Positions 26,251 to 35,511 of a DNA stretch of 64,000 nt are shown here, one piece after another. Source of the DNA: Candidatus Crickella merdequi (GTDB lineage: Bacteria; Bacillota; Clostridia; Peptostreptococcales; Anaerovoracaceae); NCBI GenBank assembly GCA_018064645.1, contig JAGHUT010000064.1:3965-67964 (forward strand), in the 5' to 3' direction. The notes beneath the pieces were generated by a model. It worked only from the letters and a program-made list of their open reading frames with translations, searched no databases and was not told the DNA's origin. Numbering within the stretch: the stretch's first letter is position 1; each line of letters opens with the position of its first letter. The position numbers and the translations under genes are program-made.

Positions 26251-28809
26251 GTGACAGAAAGAAATATTAGAACAAGTGAATATGTGACCTTAAGAGATGG
26301 AAGTTTTCCGCTTCCTTTCGCACAGCAGCTTGAATTCAGCTCGCCGGCAAGAGGAACCTTGAATATTGTTCATACAGGCAATCTTATACCGGAAAGCCAT
26401 GAGATTTTTGTCTGTGCCAAGGGTTGCCTGCGAGGAGTAGTCCTGACAGCGGCAGAGGCCGGCACCATGGGCAGATACTCAGCACTGGAGATCAAGGAGG
26501 AGAATATTCTCAACGGTGACATGGAGACAATGATGATTGAAGGTGTTTCGGACATCATCGCCAAGCTCCCTTACAGACCGAGAGCAATTCTCTTGTATAT
26601 AAGCTGTCAGCATTTCTTTATGGCATATGACAGGGAGATGGTTTTTGAGGTGCTGAAAGACAGGTTCAGGGATATTGAGTTCGCAGACTGTTACATGATT
26701 CCGACCCTTCGCAAAAGCGGCATAACCCCGGATCAGAAGATGCGGATTCAGATGTACAGCATGCTTAAGCCAGCTGTTACAGATGAGTCGCAGATTAATC
26801 TTATGGGAAGCAATCATGCCATTGTGGACAGCTGTGAAATATATACGCTTCTTGAAAAAAGAGGCATGAGTCTCACATCAATTAATGACTGTGAATCCTT
26901 CGATGAATATCTTGATCTAGCCAGGGGCCGGCTTAACATTATATATGAGCCAATAGCTCTTATGGCGGCTGAGGATATGGAGAAGCGTCTTGGAATACCG
27001 TATGTGTATCTGCCAAATGTCTACAGAGCAGATGATATTGCAGACAATTACAGGCTTCTTGGAGAGGTTCTCGGCGAGGTGCTTGATGAAGAAGAACTGG
27101 CAAGGTCCTGCGAAAAAGCGAAGCTTGCAGTCAGGGAAACACTCGCGATGGTCGGAGATTCTCCGATTGCAGTAGACTATACTTTTGGCCCTAGGCTTCT
27201 CAATCTGGCAAGATTCCTGGCAGAAGAAGGCTTTAATGTAACGGACCTCTTCGCAGACGGATTTTTCCCCGAAGAAGAGAAGGACTGGTGCTGGCTCAAG
27301 GAGAATAGACCGGATATTATACTTCATCCTACCAGCAGAGCAGCAATGCGTTACGAGAAAGATATCAATCCAGGAGCGCTGGCACTTGGACAGAAAGCGG
27401 CCTGCTTCATGGGAACAGATAATTTCGTTAATGTCGCAGAGTGCGGAGGCTTCTTCGGCTATGACGGAATAGTGCAGATAATGAAGCTTCTGCAGGAGGC
27501 CTGCAGAGTCAGTAAGGATAGAGAGGTAATTGTTCAGAAGAAGGGAACTAAAGTCAGATCTCTTCTTGATGAGGCAGACAGTCTCTGCTGCCGTGAACAG
27601 CCAGAGAAGAAACTCGAGTCGACAGGCAATAATTATACAGCTGGACTTGTACCAACTTATTCATCCGATGAATTCGGAATCTGTTCGGCCCTGTATGAAC
27701 TTGGCGGAATGGTGGTAATGCACGATGCATCTGGATGCAACTCAACATATACAACACATGATGAGCCACGATGGTACAACCAGGAGAGCATGATATACAT
27801 CTCAGCAATCTCCGAAATGGAAGCAATTATGGGAGATGATGAGAAGCTCATCAAAGACATCTGCGATGCGGCAGAAGCATTGAAGCCTGAGTTCATAGCA
27901 ATTGTAGGAGCCCCTATTCCATACATGATAGGAACAGATTTTGATGCAATTGCCAATATCCTGGAGGAAAAGCTGGGAATTCCATGCGTAGGTTTCGATG
28001 CCAACGGAATGCAGAACTACACAAAAGGCGTTGCCATGGCAACAAGAATGCTTGTGGAGAGATTCACCGAAACGCCTGTGGAAAAAACTGTGGAAAAAAC
28101 TGTGGAAATGTCACAGACGTTCACAATTAACCTCCTTGGAGCAACTCCTCTTGATTTCGCTCTCAATGGAACTGTTGCTTCAATAAAGGAGTGGGCGAAG
28201 GAACATCAAATGGCTGTAAAGTGCAGTTTTTCAATGGATTCAAGCCTTGAAGAGATTAAAGAAGCAGCTTCAGCCGATGCAAATCTTGTTCTTACGTACG
28301 GTGGTCTGGCGGCAGCTAAACTGATGAAAAGCAAATTCGGCATACCATATACCTGTGGAGTACCATGTGGAAAACTTGGTGATAATCTTGCAAAAGAACT
28401 TCGCGGCAGCCTCTTGTCGGCGAACACCGACGAAGCAAAAGGCGCTGAAAGAATCAAAGTAGCTGTAATCGGTGAAGAGATAACAAGCCTGTCACTGGCA
28501 AGAGCTCTCGAAATTGAATACAACTTCGATGCACGAGTTCTGAGCGCAGCAGATACAGATAAGGTAATACTAAGAGAGAAGGACTATGCAGCTGAATCAG
28601 AGGATGCAATTATAAGAATCCTTGCAGAGCTGCAGCCGGCACTGGTCATTGCAGATCCGTTCTACCAGGCCATAGTGCCAAAGGAAATGGATTTCTACCC
28701 AAGACCGCACGAGGCCTTCTCGGGAAGAATATATGACGGACAGAATCAGAATCTGATCAACTGCAGTCTGAGAGAGAAGCTGTCCGGTTTGGAGAAATAC
28801 GATGCTTAA
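26251..28809 (+). CDS. Fused nitrogenase-component-1-like protein: NifD-like N-half and NifK-like C-half in one 852-aa polypeptide
   Basis: The N-half (about aa 1-430) is paralogous to 29572-30858; the shared segment is ..[14 protein letters not shown].. versus ..AAEDIAKRLEIPSI... The C-half (about aa 465-852) is paralogous to 30855-31922; the shared segment is [19 protein letters not shown] versus CDAGGCTGNVCGFDEPRWF. GTG start 2 nt after the upstream stop. Confidence 0.8.
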   Translation: MTERNIRTSEYVTLRDGSFPLPFAQQLEFSSPARGTLNIVHTGNLIPESHEIFVCAKGCLRGVVLTAAEAGTMGRYSALEIKEENILNGDMETMMIEGVSDIIAKLPYRPRAILLYISCQHFFMAYDREMVFEVLKDRFRDIEFADCYMIPTLRKSGITPDQKMRIQMYSMLKPAVTDESQINLMGSNHAIVDSCEIYTLLEKRGMSLTSINDCESFDEYLDLARGRLNIIYEPIALMAAEDMEKRLGIPYVYLPNVYRADDIADNYRLLGEVLGEVLDEEELARSCEKAKLAVRETLAMVGDSPIAVDYTFGPRLLNLARFLAEEGFNVTDLFADGFFPEEEKDWCWLKENRPDIILHPTSRAAMRYEKDINPGALALGQKAACFMGTDNFVNVAECGGFFGYDGIVQIMKLLQEACRVSKDREVIVQKKGTKVRSLLDEADSLCCREQPEKKLESTGNNYTAGLVPTYSSDEFGICSALYELGGMVVMHDASGCNSTYTTHDEPRWYNQESMIYISAISEMEAIMGDDEKLIKDICDAAEALKPEFIAIVGAPIPYMIGTDFDAIANILEEKLGIPCVGFDANGMQNYTKGVAMATRMLVERFTETPVEKTVEKTVEMSQTFTINLLGATPLDFALNGTVASIKEWAKEHQMAVKCSFSMDSSLEEIKEAASADANLVLTYGGLAAAKLMKSKFGIPYTCGVPCGKLGDNLAKELRGSLLSANTDEAKGAERIKVAVIGEEITSLSLARALEIEYNFDARVLSAADTDKVILREKDYAAESEDAIIRILAELQPALVIADPFYQAIVPKEMDFYPRPHEAFSGRIYDGQNQNLINCSLREKLSGLEKYDA
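28076..28109 (+). repeat. In-frame 12-bp tandem repeat (ctgtggaaaaaa, about 2.8 copies) encoding [10 protein letters not shown]
   Basis: Read directly: cctgtggaaaaaactgtggaaaaaactgtggaaatg. Confidence 0.9.
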
Positions 28810-29554
28810 GATAGCAGTTTACGGTAAAGGCGGAATAGGTAAATCAACAACAACAGCAAATCTCGCAGCAGCTTTTGCCAGTCTTGGCAAGAAAGTAATT
28901 CAGATTGGCTGTGATCCAAAGGCAGATTCAACAATGAACCTCCTTCACGGAAGCCCTGTTCAGTCAGTAATGGACTACATGAGAATTAATGATGATGAGC
29001 CGACAGAACTCAGTGAAATCGTCGAGGAAGGTTATGGCGGAGTGGTATGCATCGAGACAGGTGGACCTACACCGGGACTGGGATGCGCCGGCCGAGGAAT
29101 TATAACAACTTTTTCGCTTCTCGAGGACCTGGAGCTCTTCGAAACATATGAACCAGATGTTGTTCTTTACGACGTCCTTGGAGATGTAGTTTGCGGAGGC
29201 TTCGCAGCTCCTATCAGAGAGGGCTATGCAGAGAAGATTCTCATTGTTACATCAGGTGAAAAAATGGCGCTCTACGCAGCCAACAATATCTGCTCTGCGG
29301 TAAAGAATTTTGAAGACCGGGGATACGCAACGGTTCGAGGCGTAGTTCTCAACAGAAGAGCAGTAGAAAGAGAAGAAGAGAAGGTACAGGCTTTTGCAGA
29401 AGAACACGGCCTTGAGATTCTCGCAGATATTCCAAGAAGCAATGACATCATTCACTATGAGGACCAGGGAAAAACAGTTATAGAGGGAGACATTAATCTT
29501 CCTGTAAGTCAGAAGTATATTGACCTGGCAAAGAGGCTTCTTGAAGAACAATAA
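28802..29554 (+). CDS. NifH-like ATPase, copy 2
   Basis: [28 protein letters not shown] and [19 protein letters not shown] motifs. The ATG overlaps the end of the upstream gene by 8 nt. Confidence 0.9.
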   Translation: MLKIAVYGKGGIGKSTTTANLAAAFASLGKKVIQIGCDPKADSTMNLLHGSPVQSVMDYMRINDDEPTELSEIVEEGYGGVVCIETGGPTPGLGCAGRGIITTFSLLEDLELFETYEPDVVLYDVLGDVVCGGFAAPIREGYAEKILIVTSGEKMALYAANNICSAVKNFEDRGYATVRGVVLNRRAVEREEEKVQAFAEEHGLEILADIPRSNDIIHYEDQGKTVIEGDINLPVSQKYIDLAKRLLEEQ

Positions 29555-29571
29555 ATCGTAAAGGTAATTAA

Positions 29572-30858
29572 ATGGACAACAAACAAGCTTATTACATCAG
29601 TGCAAAGGATCTTGCGGCGCGCGGCCTGGACAATATTCCTGACCAGCTGCAGTCCTCAAAGCACCTAATATACAGTTCGCCGGCGACTTTGTCCTTCAAC
29701 TCTCCCGGAGCGCAGGGTTTTGGTGTCAAAAGAGCAGGACTTGCTGTTCCAGGATCTGTAATGCTTCTTGTAGCTCCCGGCTGCTGCGGGCGTAATACCA
29801 CTATGCTGGCAGAGCTTGGAGACTATGCAGACAGATTCTACTATCTGCTCCAGGATGATACAGATATCATTACAGGTCGCCATCTGAACAGAATCCCGGA
29901 GGCGGTCAGGGAAGTTGTAGAGTTTCATAACCCTAAGCCAAGCTGCGTAATGATATGCATAACCTGCGTAGATGCACTTCTTGGAACAGATATGGACAGA
30001 GTCTGCCGCAAAGCATCAGCCGTTGCGGGCGTTCCGGTTCTTCCCTGCTACATGTATGCACTTACAAGGGAAGGCAGAGTGCCACCAATGACAGCTGTAA
30101 GAAAAACAGTCTATGCACTTCTTGAGAAGCGGAAGAAGAAGTCAACAACAGTTAATATTCTTGGACAGTTTGCTCCATACATGGATAACTGCGAGCTGTA
30201 TGACATTCTTCACAATCTGGGAGTAAAGAAGATTAACGAAATATCAAGATGTGCCGATTTTGAGGAATACATGGGAATGGCAGAAGCGAATTTTAACCTC
30301 GTGCTTAACCCTGAGACAAGACTTGCTGCAGAGGATATAGCGAAGCGCCTGGAGATTCCGTCAATAGAGTTAACAAGGCAGTACAGACTCGACAAGATTC
30401 ATAAGCAGTACCAGCTTCTCGGCGGAGCCCTCGGTGTAAATATTGACGACAGCAGGTGGATGAAAGAGACGGAAGAGTATATTGACGGCTTCAGGGAGAG
30501 ACACCCAGACCTGGAATTTGCCATTGGAGAGTGTCTCAATGCAGACTCTTTTGAGCTCGCCCTTGCACTTATAGGCTACGGATACAAGGTCAACGAAATT
30601 TACGGAACAGTGTCCGGTGAGAATTTCCCTTACATCCGGCAGCTTGCAAAGGTCAGCCCTGAGACAAGAATATACACTAATCTGGAGCCTACAATGCTGT
30701 ACTACGACTGCAGCGAGTGTAAGGCGGATATAACAATTGGAAAGGATGCAGAGTACTATCATCCTGATGCGCCTAATGTGCCATGGAACAGAGAAGTTCA
30801 GCCATTTGGCTACGCAGGTCTCAGAACTCTGCTTGAGGAAATAGAGGAAGCTATATGA
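29572..30858 (+). CDS. NifD/NifE-like nitrogenase-component-1-type protein (stand-alone)
   Basis: 428 aa. Cys motifs LVAPGCCGR, ICITCVDALLGTDMD and VLPCYMY. By-eye similarity to A. vinelandii NifD around NLV....(K/R)(Y/L)(G/E)IP. Confidence 0.75.
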   Translation: MDNKQAYYISAKDLAARGLDNIPDQLQSSKHLIYSSPATLSFNSPGAQGFGVKRAGLAVPGSVMLLVAPGCCGRNTTMLAELGDYADRFYYLLQDDTDIITGRHLNRIPEAVREVVEFHNPKPSCVMICITCVDALLGTDMDRVCRKASAVAGVPVLPCYMYALTREGRVPPMTAVRKTVYALLEKRKKKSTTVNILGQFAPYMDNCELYDILHNLGVKKINEISRCADFEEYMGMAEANFNLVLNPETRLAAEDIAKRLEIPSIELTRQYRLDKIHKQYQLLGGALGVNIDDSRWMKETEEYIDGFRERHPDLEFAIGECLNADSFELALALIGYGYKVNEIYGTVSGENFPYIRQLAKVSPETRIYTNLEPTMLYYDCSECKADITIGKDAEYYHPDAPNVPWNREVQPFGYAGLRTLLEEIEEAI

Positions 30859-31922
30859 AAGGTTTACTCAAAGTACTGTCGCCATTCGCACCGGACCAGT
30901 CAGGCGCAGCGGCAGTATTCTACGACATGGGATGCATAACAGTAATATGCGATGCAGGAGGATGTACAGGTAATGTGTGCGGCTTCGATGAGCCAAGATG
31001 GTTCAGGAATGCCAAGCCGATTTTCAGTGCAGGTCTTCGTGACATGGATGCCATTCTCGGACGAGATGACAGACTTGTAGACAAGCTGAGACTGGTTGCA
31101 GAGAAGACAGATGCAGATTTCGCTGCGATTATCGGAACCCCGGTTCCAGCAGTAATCGCGACGGATTTTCGCGCACTGAAGAGACTGGCTGAGAAGCGCT
31201 GCGGAATGCCGGTCGTAACCTGCGAATGTACAGGAACAAGACTGTATGATATTGGAGAAGAAGAGGCATATATGCAGCTGGTAAAAACTTTTGCAGATAC
31301 TTCTGCAGAGGCTTCCGGCAAATCGGGAATACTGGGTGTTCTTGGTGTTACTCCCCTCAATATATCCAGCATTGATGGAGATGAACTGATCCGTCAGCAT
31401 TATAAGAGTCAGGGCTATGATGAGGTTTACTGCTACGGCATGGGTGCCGGCCTTGATGAACTGAAGCTGGCCGGCTGTGCAGAGAAGAACATTGTAATTG
31501 CTCCTTCGGGTCTTAAGGCTGCACGATATCTTGAGAAGAAATTCGGAACGCCATATGAGCTGCACTACCCGCTTATGCCTGTCAATGTTGCAGAAGCAAT
31601 CAAAGGCATTGAGAATGCCAGAGTGTGCATCATTCACCAGCAGATAGCTGCAGAGGCTGTAAGGCAGCAGCTAGAGCAGAAAGGTTGTGATGTGACAGTT
31701 GCATCTTTCTTCGAAATGAAGAAGGACCTTAGAAGAGCGCAGGATGTTGCTCTCGAAACAGAAGAAGATTATCAGAAGCTCATCGAAGAAGGCGGCTTCG
31801 ATTATGTAATTGCAGACCAGCTCTTCAGAAGAGCCGTAGCTGCAGACTGCTATAAAGAGTGGATACCTATGACACATTTCGCGGTATCCGGCAAGCTTGA
31901 GGAGGCTCAATGCGCACTGTAA
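30855..31922 (+). CDS. NifK/NifN-like nitrogenase-component-1-type protein (stand-alone)
   Basis: 355 aa with an ATGA overlap to the upstream gene. VICDAGGCTGNVCGFDEPRWF and IIGTPVPAVIATDF segments are paralogous to the C-half of 26251-28809. Confidence 0.7.
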   Translation: MKGLLKVLSPFAPDQSGAAAVFYDMGCITVICDAGGCTGNVCGFDEPRWFRNAKPIFSAGLRDMDAILGRDDRLVDKLRLVAEKTDADFAAIIGTPVPAVIATDFRALKRLAEKRCGMPVVTCECTGTRLYDIGEEEAYMQLVKTFADTSAEASGKSGILGVLGVTPLNISSIDGDELIRQHYKSQGYDEVYCYGMGAGLDELKLAGCAEKNIVIAPSGLKAARYLEKKFGTPYELHYPLMPVNVAEAIKGIENARVCIIHQQIAAEAVRQQLEQKGCDVTVASFFEMKKDLRRAQDVALETEEDYQKLIEEGGFDYVIADQLFRRAVAADCYKEWIPMTHFAVSGKLEEAQCAL

Positions 31923-34240
31923 GAATCTGTGTTTATGGAATAGTGCAGGGAGTAGGCTTCAGACCTTTTGTCAGCAGACTGGCAGACAGAATCGGCATTA
32001 AAGGAAGTGTGGCAAACAGAGGATCGTATGTGGAGATTTTTGCTGCCGGCGAAGAAGAACAGCTTGATTTATTCAAGTCGCTTCTCCGGCAGGAAGCACC
32101 TGAACGTTCGGCAATACTCAAGGTTACAGAGAGAACTGTTGAGCCTGGCGGATACGAAGACTTCCAGATAATAGAAAGTGAGCACGAAGAGGGAGATATC
32201 TTTGTTTCGCCTGATATTGCCACATGCCCAAAATGCAGAAGAGAGCTTTACGACCCTAACAACCGTCGATACATGCATCCTTTTATCAACTGTACGGCAT
32301 GCGGCCCAAGGCTTACCATTCTCGATGCAATGCCGTACGACCGTCAGAGAACAAGTATGAAGGCTTTTCCGATGTGTCCCGAATGTGAGTACGAATACAC
32401 GCATGCAGAGACGCGCAGGTATGATGCTCAGCCGGTATGCTGCAATGACTGCGGCCCGGAGGTGTATATTATCGGAAGTGAAATCAGCGGCAGAGCTGCC
32501 ATCACTTATGCGAGACAGGCGATCATTGATGGTAAGATTATTGCCATCAAGGGAATTGGCGGATTCCATCTCTGCTGCGATGCGACTAACGAAGAAGCAG
32601 TTGCAAGACTGAGAACTCTCAAGCGCAGACCGGCGAAGCCTTTTGCAGTAATGGCAAGAGACCTTGAGACTGTAGAGCGAGAATGCCAGCTTCCGGGGCA
32701 GAACATCAGGGATATTCTCGATGGACATCAGAAGCCGATAATTCTTCTTAAGCGTAAAAACGACAGCAGGCTGGCTCCATCAGTAGCTCCCGACAATCCA
32801 AAGATTGGAATGATGCTGCCTTACGCACCGGTACAGATGCTGCTTTTTGACTACAACGACGGCCTTGAGATGACAACAGACTGTTTCGTTATGACAAGCG
32901 GCAATGTCAGCGGAGCGCCAATCTGCAGAACAGACGAGGACGCAATTAAGGAGCTGTCTGGCTTCTGCGATATAATGCTTTCGCATAACAGAACCATAAG
33001 GCTTCGCGCTGATGATTCCGTAATGGATATCTACCGCGGTGAGCCATACATGATAAGGCGTTCAAGAGGCTATGCGCCACTGCCTGTGATGACAGAGCAG
33101 AATGTCAGAGGAAGCGTGCTTGCTGTAGGAGGAGAGCTTAAGAACACCTTCTGCATCGGCAAGGATCAGCTTCTCTACGAGTCGCCATATGTTGGTGATA
33201 TGGAGGATCTGCGCACAGTGCAGGCTCTTGAGGAATCGATAAAAAGAATGGCGGAGCTGCTCGAGACGTCACCGACAATTGTGGCGTGCGATCTTCATCC
33301 GAAGTACAATACTGGTTTTGTGGCTGAGAGACAGGGGCTTCCTGTTATGAAACTTCAGCATCATTATGCTCATATTCTGTCATGTATGGCGGAGAACGAT
33401 TACAGTGATAGAGTAATAGGACTTTCTCTTGATGGAACTGGCTACGGAACAGACGGAACTATCTGGGGCGGAGAACTGCTCTCCTGCGACCTTGATGGCT
33501 TCGAAAGAATTGGCTGTATAGAAGCTTTCGACCAGGTCGGCGGTGATGCTTCAGCAAAAGAAGGCTGGAGAATAGCGGCTTCAATGATCAACTCCATATA
33601 CGGAGAGGAAGCTTCGGAGGTAGTGACGAAGCTCGGCCTTTGCGATGAGAACGCCAGAGCTCTTATTGCAAGAATGGCTGAAAGAGGTATAAACACCGTA
33701 AAGTCCACAAGCGCGGGAAGACTCTTTGACGCTGTCAGCGCAATTCTGGGTGTTCGAAAGAGCTCAAGCTTCGAAGGCGAAGCTGCAACAACTCTTATGT
33801 TCAGAGCCCAGGCCTTCGCAGAGACAGCTGAAGCACTGCCGGAGGTACCTTCGTTCTGCGGAATAGCCCTTGAGGATTTCTGCAATATAAGAACGACGGA
33901 GCTGGTTCGATACCTTATCGAAGAGAAACTCAAAATTCAGGATGAAGAGGGCAATCTGAGCATAGAAGAACAGGGAAGACTAGCCTATGTTTTTCATGAA
34001 GCCTTTGCCGAGATGTGCGCAGAAGCAGCAATCTGGGCATGCAGCAGAGAAGAAATAGCGACTGCAGCGCTCTCCGGAGGAGTTTTCCAGAACACACTTC
34101 TCCTGGAAGGAGTTGAATCGCGACTTGAGAATAATGGAATCAAAGTATTGAGGCATCATATGATTCCGCCTAATGATGGAGGCATTGCCCTCGGTCAGGC
34201 GGCAGCAGCGATGCATAAGATAAACAGGGAGGACAAGTGA
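31910..34240 (+). CDS. hypF: Carbamoyltransferase HypF
   Basis: 776 aa. Acylphosphatase domain (VYGIVQGVGFRPFV). Two Zn-finger pairs (CPKCRRELYDPNNRRYMHPFINCTACGPR; CPECEYEYTHAETRRYDAQPVCCNDCGP). YrdC-like and Kae1-like C-terminal domains. RBS gaggagg. Confidence 0.92.
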   Translation: MRTVRICVYGIVQGVGFRPFVSRLADRIGIKGSVANRGSYVEIFAAGEEEQLDLFKSLLRQEAPERSAILKVTERTVEPGGYEDFQIIESEHEEGDIFVSPDIATCPKCRRELYDPNNRRYMHPFINCTACGPRLTILDAMPYDRQRTSMKAFPMCPECEYEYTHAETRRYDAQPVCCNDCGPEVYIIGSEISGRAAITYARQAIIDGKIIAIKGIGGFHLCCDATNEEAVARLRTLKRRPAKPFAVMARDLETVERECQLPGQNIRDILDGHQKPIILLKRKNDSRLAPSVAPDNPKIGMMLPYAPVQMLLFDYNDGLEMTTDCFVMTSGNVSGAPICRTDEDAIKELSGFCDIMLSHNRTIRLRADDSVMDIYRGEPYMIRRSRGYAPLPVMTEQNVRGSVLAVGGELKNTFCIGKDQLLYESPYVGDMEDLRTVQALEESIKRMAELLETSPTIVACDLHPKYNTGFVAERQGLPVMKLQHHYAHILSCMAENDYSDRVIGLSLDGTGYGTDGTIWGGELLSCDLDGFERIGCIEAFDQVGGDASAKEGWRIAASMINSIYGEEASEVVTKLGLCDENARALIARMAERGINTVKSTSAGRLFDAVSAILGVRKSSSFEGEAATTLMFRAQAFAETAEALPEVPSFCGIALEDFCNIRTTELVRYLIEEKLKIQDEEGNLSIEEQGRLAYVFHEAFAEMCAEAAIWACSREEIATAALSGGVFQNTLLLEGVESRLENNGIKVLRHHMIPPNDGGIALGQAAAAMHKINREDK

Positions 34241-34241
34241 T

Positions 34242-34448
34242 ATGTGCGTAGGATTAGCGGCTAAAGTAGTAGGAATCAAGGATGGCGTTGCTGTTGTTGA
34301 TGCATCAGGCGCAAAGAGAGAGGTGGCTGCAGAGCTCATCGAGGAGCTTGAGCCAGGCGATTTCGTAATGGTTCATGCAGGCATTGCCATCGCAAAGATT
34401 ACTGCAGATGATACAGAAGAGACAGATGAACTGATGGAGATGCTTTAA
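34242..34448 (+). CDS. hypC: HypC/HybG/HupF-family hydrogenase maturation chaperone
   Basis: 68 aa with the N-terminal MCVG motif (essential Cys2) and the typical DFVMVHAGIAI segment. Confidence 0.85.
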   Translation: MCVGLAAKVVGIKDGVAVVDASGAKREVAAELIEELEPGDFVMVHAGIAIAKITADDTEETDELMEML

Positions 34449-35491
34449 TGGAAGAGAAGAAACTTACAGCACGTGAGATCATCGAGAGCTACGATGGTCC
34501 GAAGCTTAGAATAATGGAGGTGTGCGGAACGCATACGCATGAGATTTTTCGCCTTGGAATCAGAAGTCTGCTCCCAGAGAATGTTGAGCTGATTTCCGGA
34601 CCGGGCTGCCCTGTTTGCGTAACGCCTGTAGGCTTCATTGATATGGCCCTTCAGCTGGCCCTCGAGAAGGAGTGCGTAATCTGTACTTTTGGAGACCTTA
34701 TCAGAGTTCCGGGTTCAGAGATGAGTCTTGCTGACGCGAGAGCTAAGGGTGCAGTTGTAAAAATCGTATATACTGCTACAGACGCTCTCGACTATGCGAA
34801 GGAGAATCCTGATAAGCAGGTGGTTTTCCTGTCTGTCGGTTTCGAGACAACAACTCCTGGAAGCTGTCTGGCAGTTAAGAAGGCTAAGGAAGAAGGGGTT
34901 CAGAACTTCTCGATTCTTACTGCCAACAAGACAATGCCTAATGCATATCAGGCACTTAAGGGAAGCGCAGATGCGTTCCTCTATCCAGGACATGTTAACG
35001 CAATCACAGGAGAGGATGACTGCCGCAAGCTGGCCGAAGAAGGAGTATCAGGCGTAATCGCCGGTTTTACCGCCAAGGAACTTCTGACAGCCCTTGCAGT
35101 GACAATAAGAAAATGCCAGCAGGGCGAGCCTTTCTTCGTTAACTGCTATCCAAGGGTAGTTACTGAAAAGGGAAACATCCCTTCAAAGAAAATTATCGAA
35201 GAGATTATGGAGCCATGCGATTCAATCTGGAGAGGCCTTGGAAACATTTCGATGTCAGGTCTGAAGCTTAGAGAAGAGTACGCCGCGTTCGATGCACAGC
35301 GGAAGTTCGACATTCCTGAGACAGAGGGAACACCTAATCCTGGATGCCGCTGCGGTGAGGTTCTTCAGGGCAAGTGCAAGCCTGCAGATTGCCCTCTGTT
35401 CGGCAAGGTATGCACACCGCTTCATCCGGTAGGTGCATGTATGGTATCAAATGAAGGTTCCTGCTCTGCGTACTATCAGTACCAGATGTAG
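34448..35491 (+). CDS. hypD: Hydrogenase maturation Fe-S protein HypD
   Basis: CGTHTHEI, GPGCPVCVTP, GFETT and PGHVNAITG motifs, plus the C-terminal Cys cluster CRCGEVLQGKCKPADCPLFGKVCTPLHPVGACMVSNEGSC. Confidence 0.92.
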   Translation: MEEKKLTAREIIESYDGPKLRIMEVCGTHTHEIFRLGIRSLLPENVELISGPGCPVCVTPVGFIDMALQLALEKECVICTFGDLIRVPGSEMSLADARAKGAVVKIVYTATDALDYAKENPDKQVVFLSVGFETTTPGSCLAVKKAKEEGVQNFSILTANKTMPNAYQALKGSADAFLYPGHVNAITGEDDCRKLAEEGVSGVIAGFTAKELLTALAVTIRKCQQGEPFFVNCYPRVVTEKGNIPSKKIIEEIMEPCDSIWRGLGNISMSGLKLREEYAAFDAQRKFDIPETEGTPNPGCRCGEVLQGKCKPADCPLFGKVCTPLHPVGACMVSNEGSCSAYYQYQM

Positions 35492-35511
35492 ACGATATAG
35501 GAGAGAGTATT

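Noticed and set aside
25502-31922. Reading the nifH/D/K-like genes as a genuine N2-fixing nitrogenase operon
   Set aside because: The D-like (428 aa) and K-like (355 aa) proteins are much shorter than NifD and NifK. The NifD Cys275 position is not Cys in either D-like unit by my by-eye alignment. The K-like units lack most P-cluster Cys. No nifB, nifE/N, nifV or nifX is nearby. They are better described as nitrogenase-like (group IV-type) proteins of unknown function.
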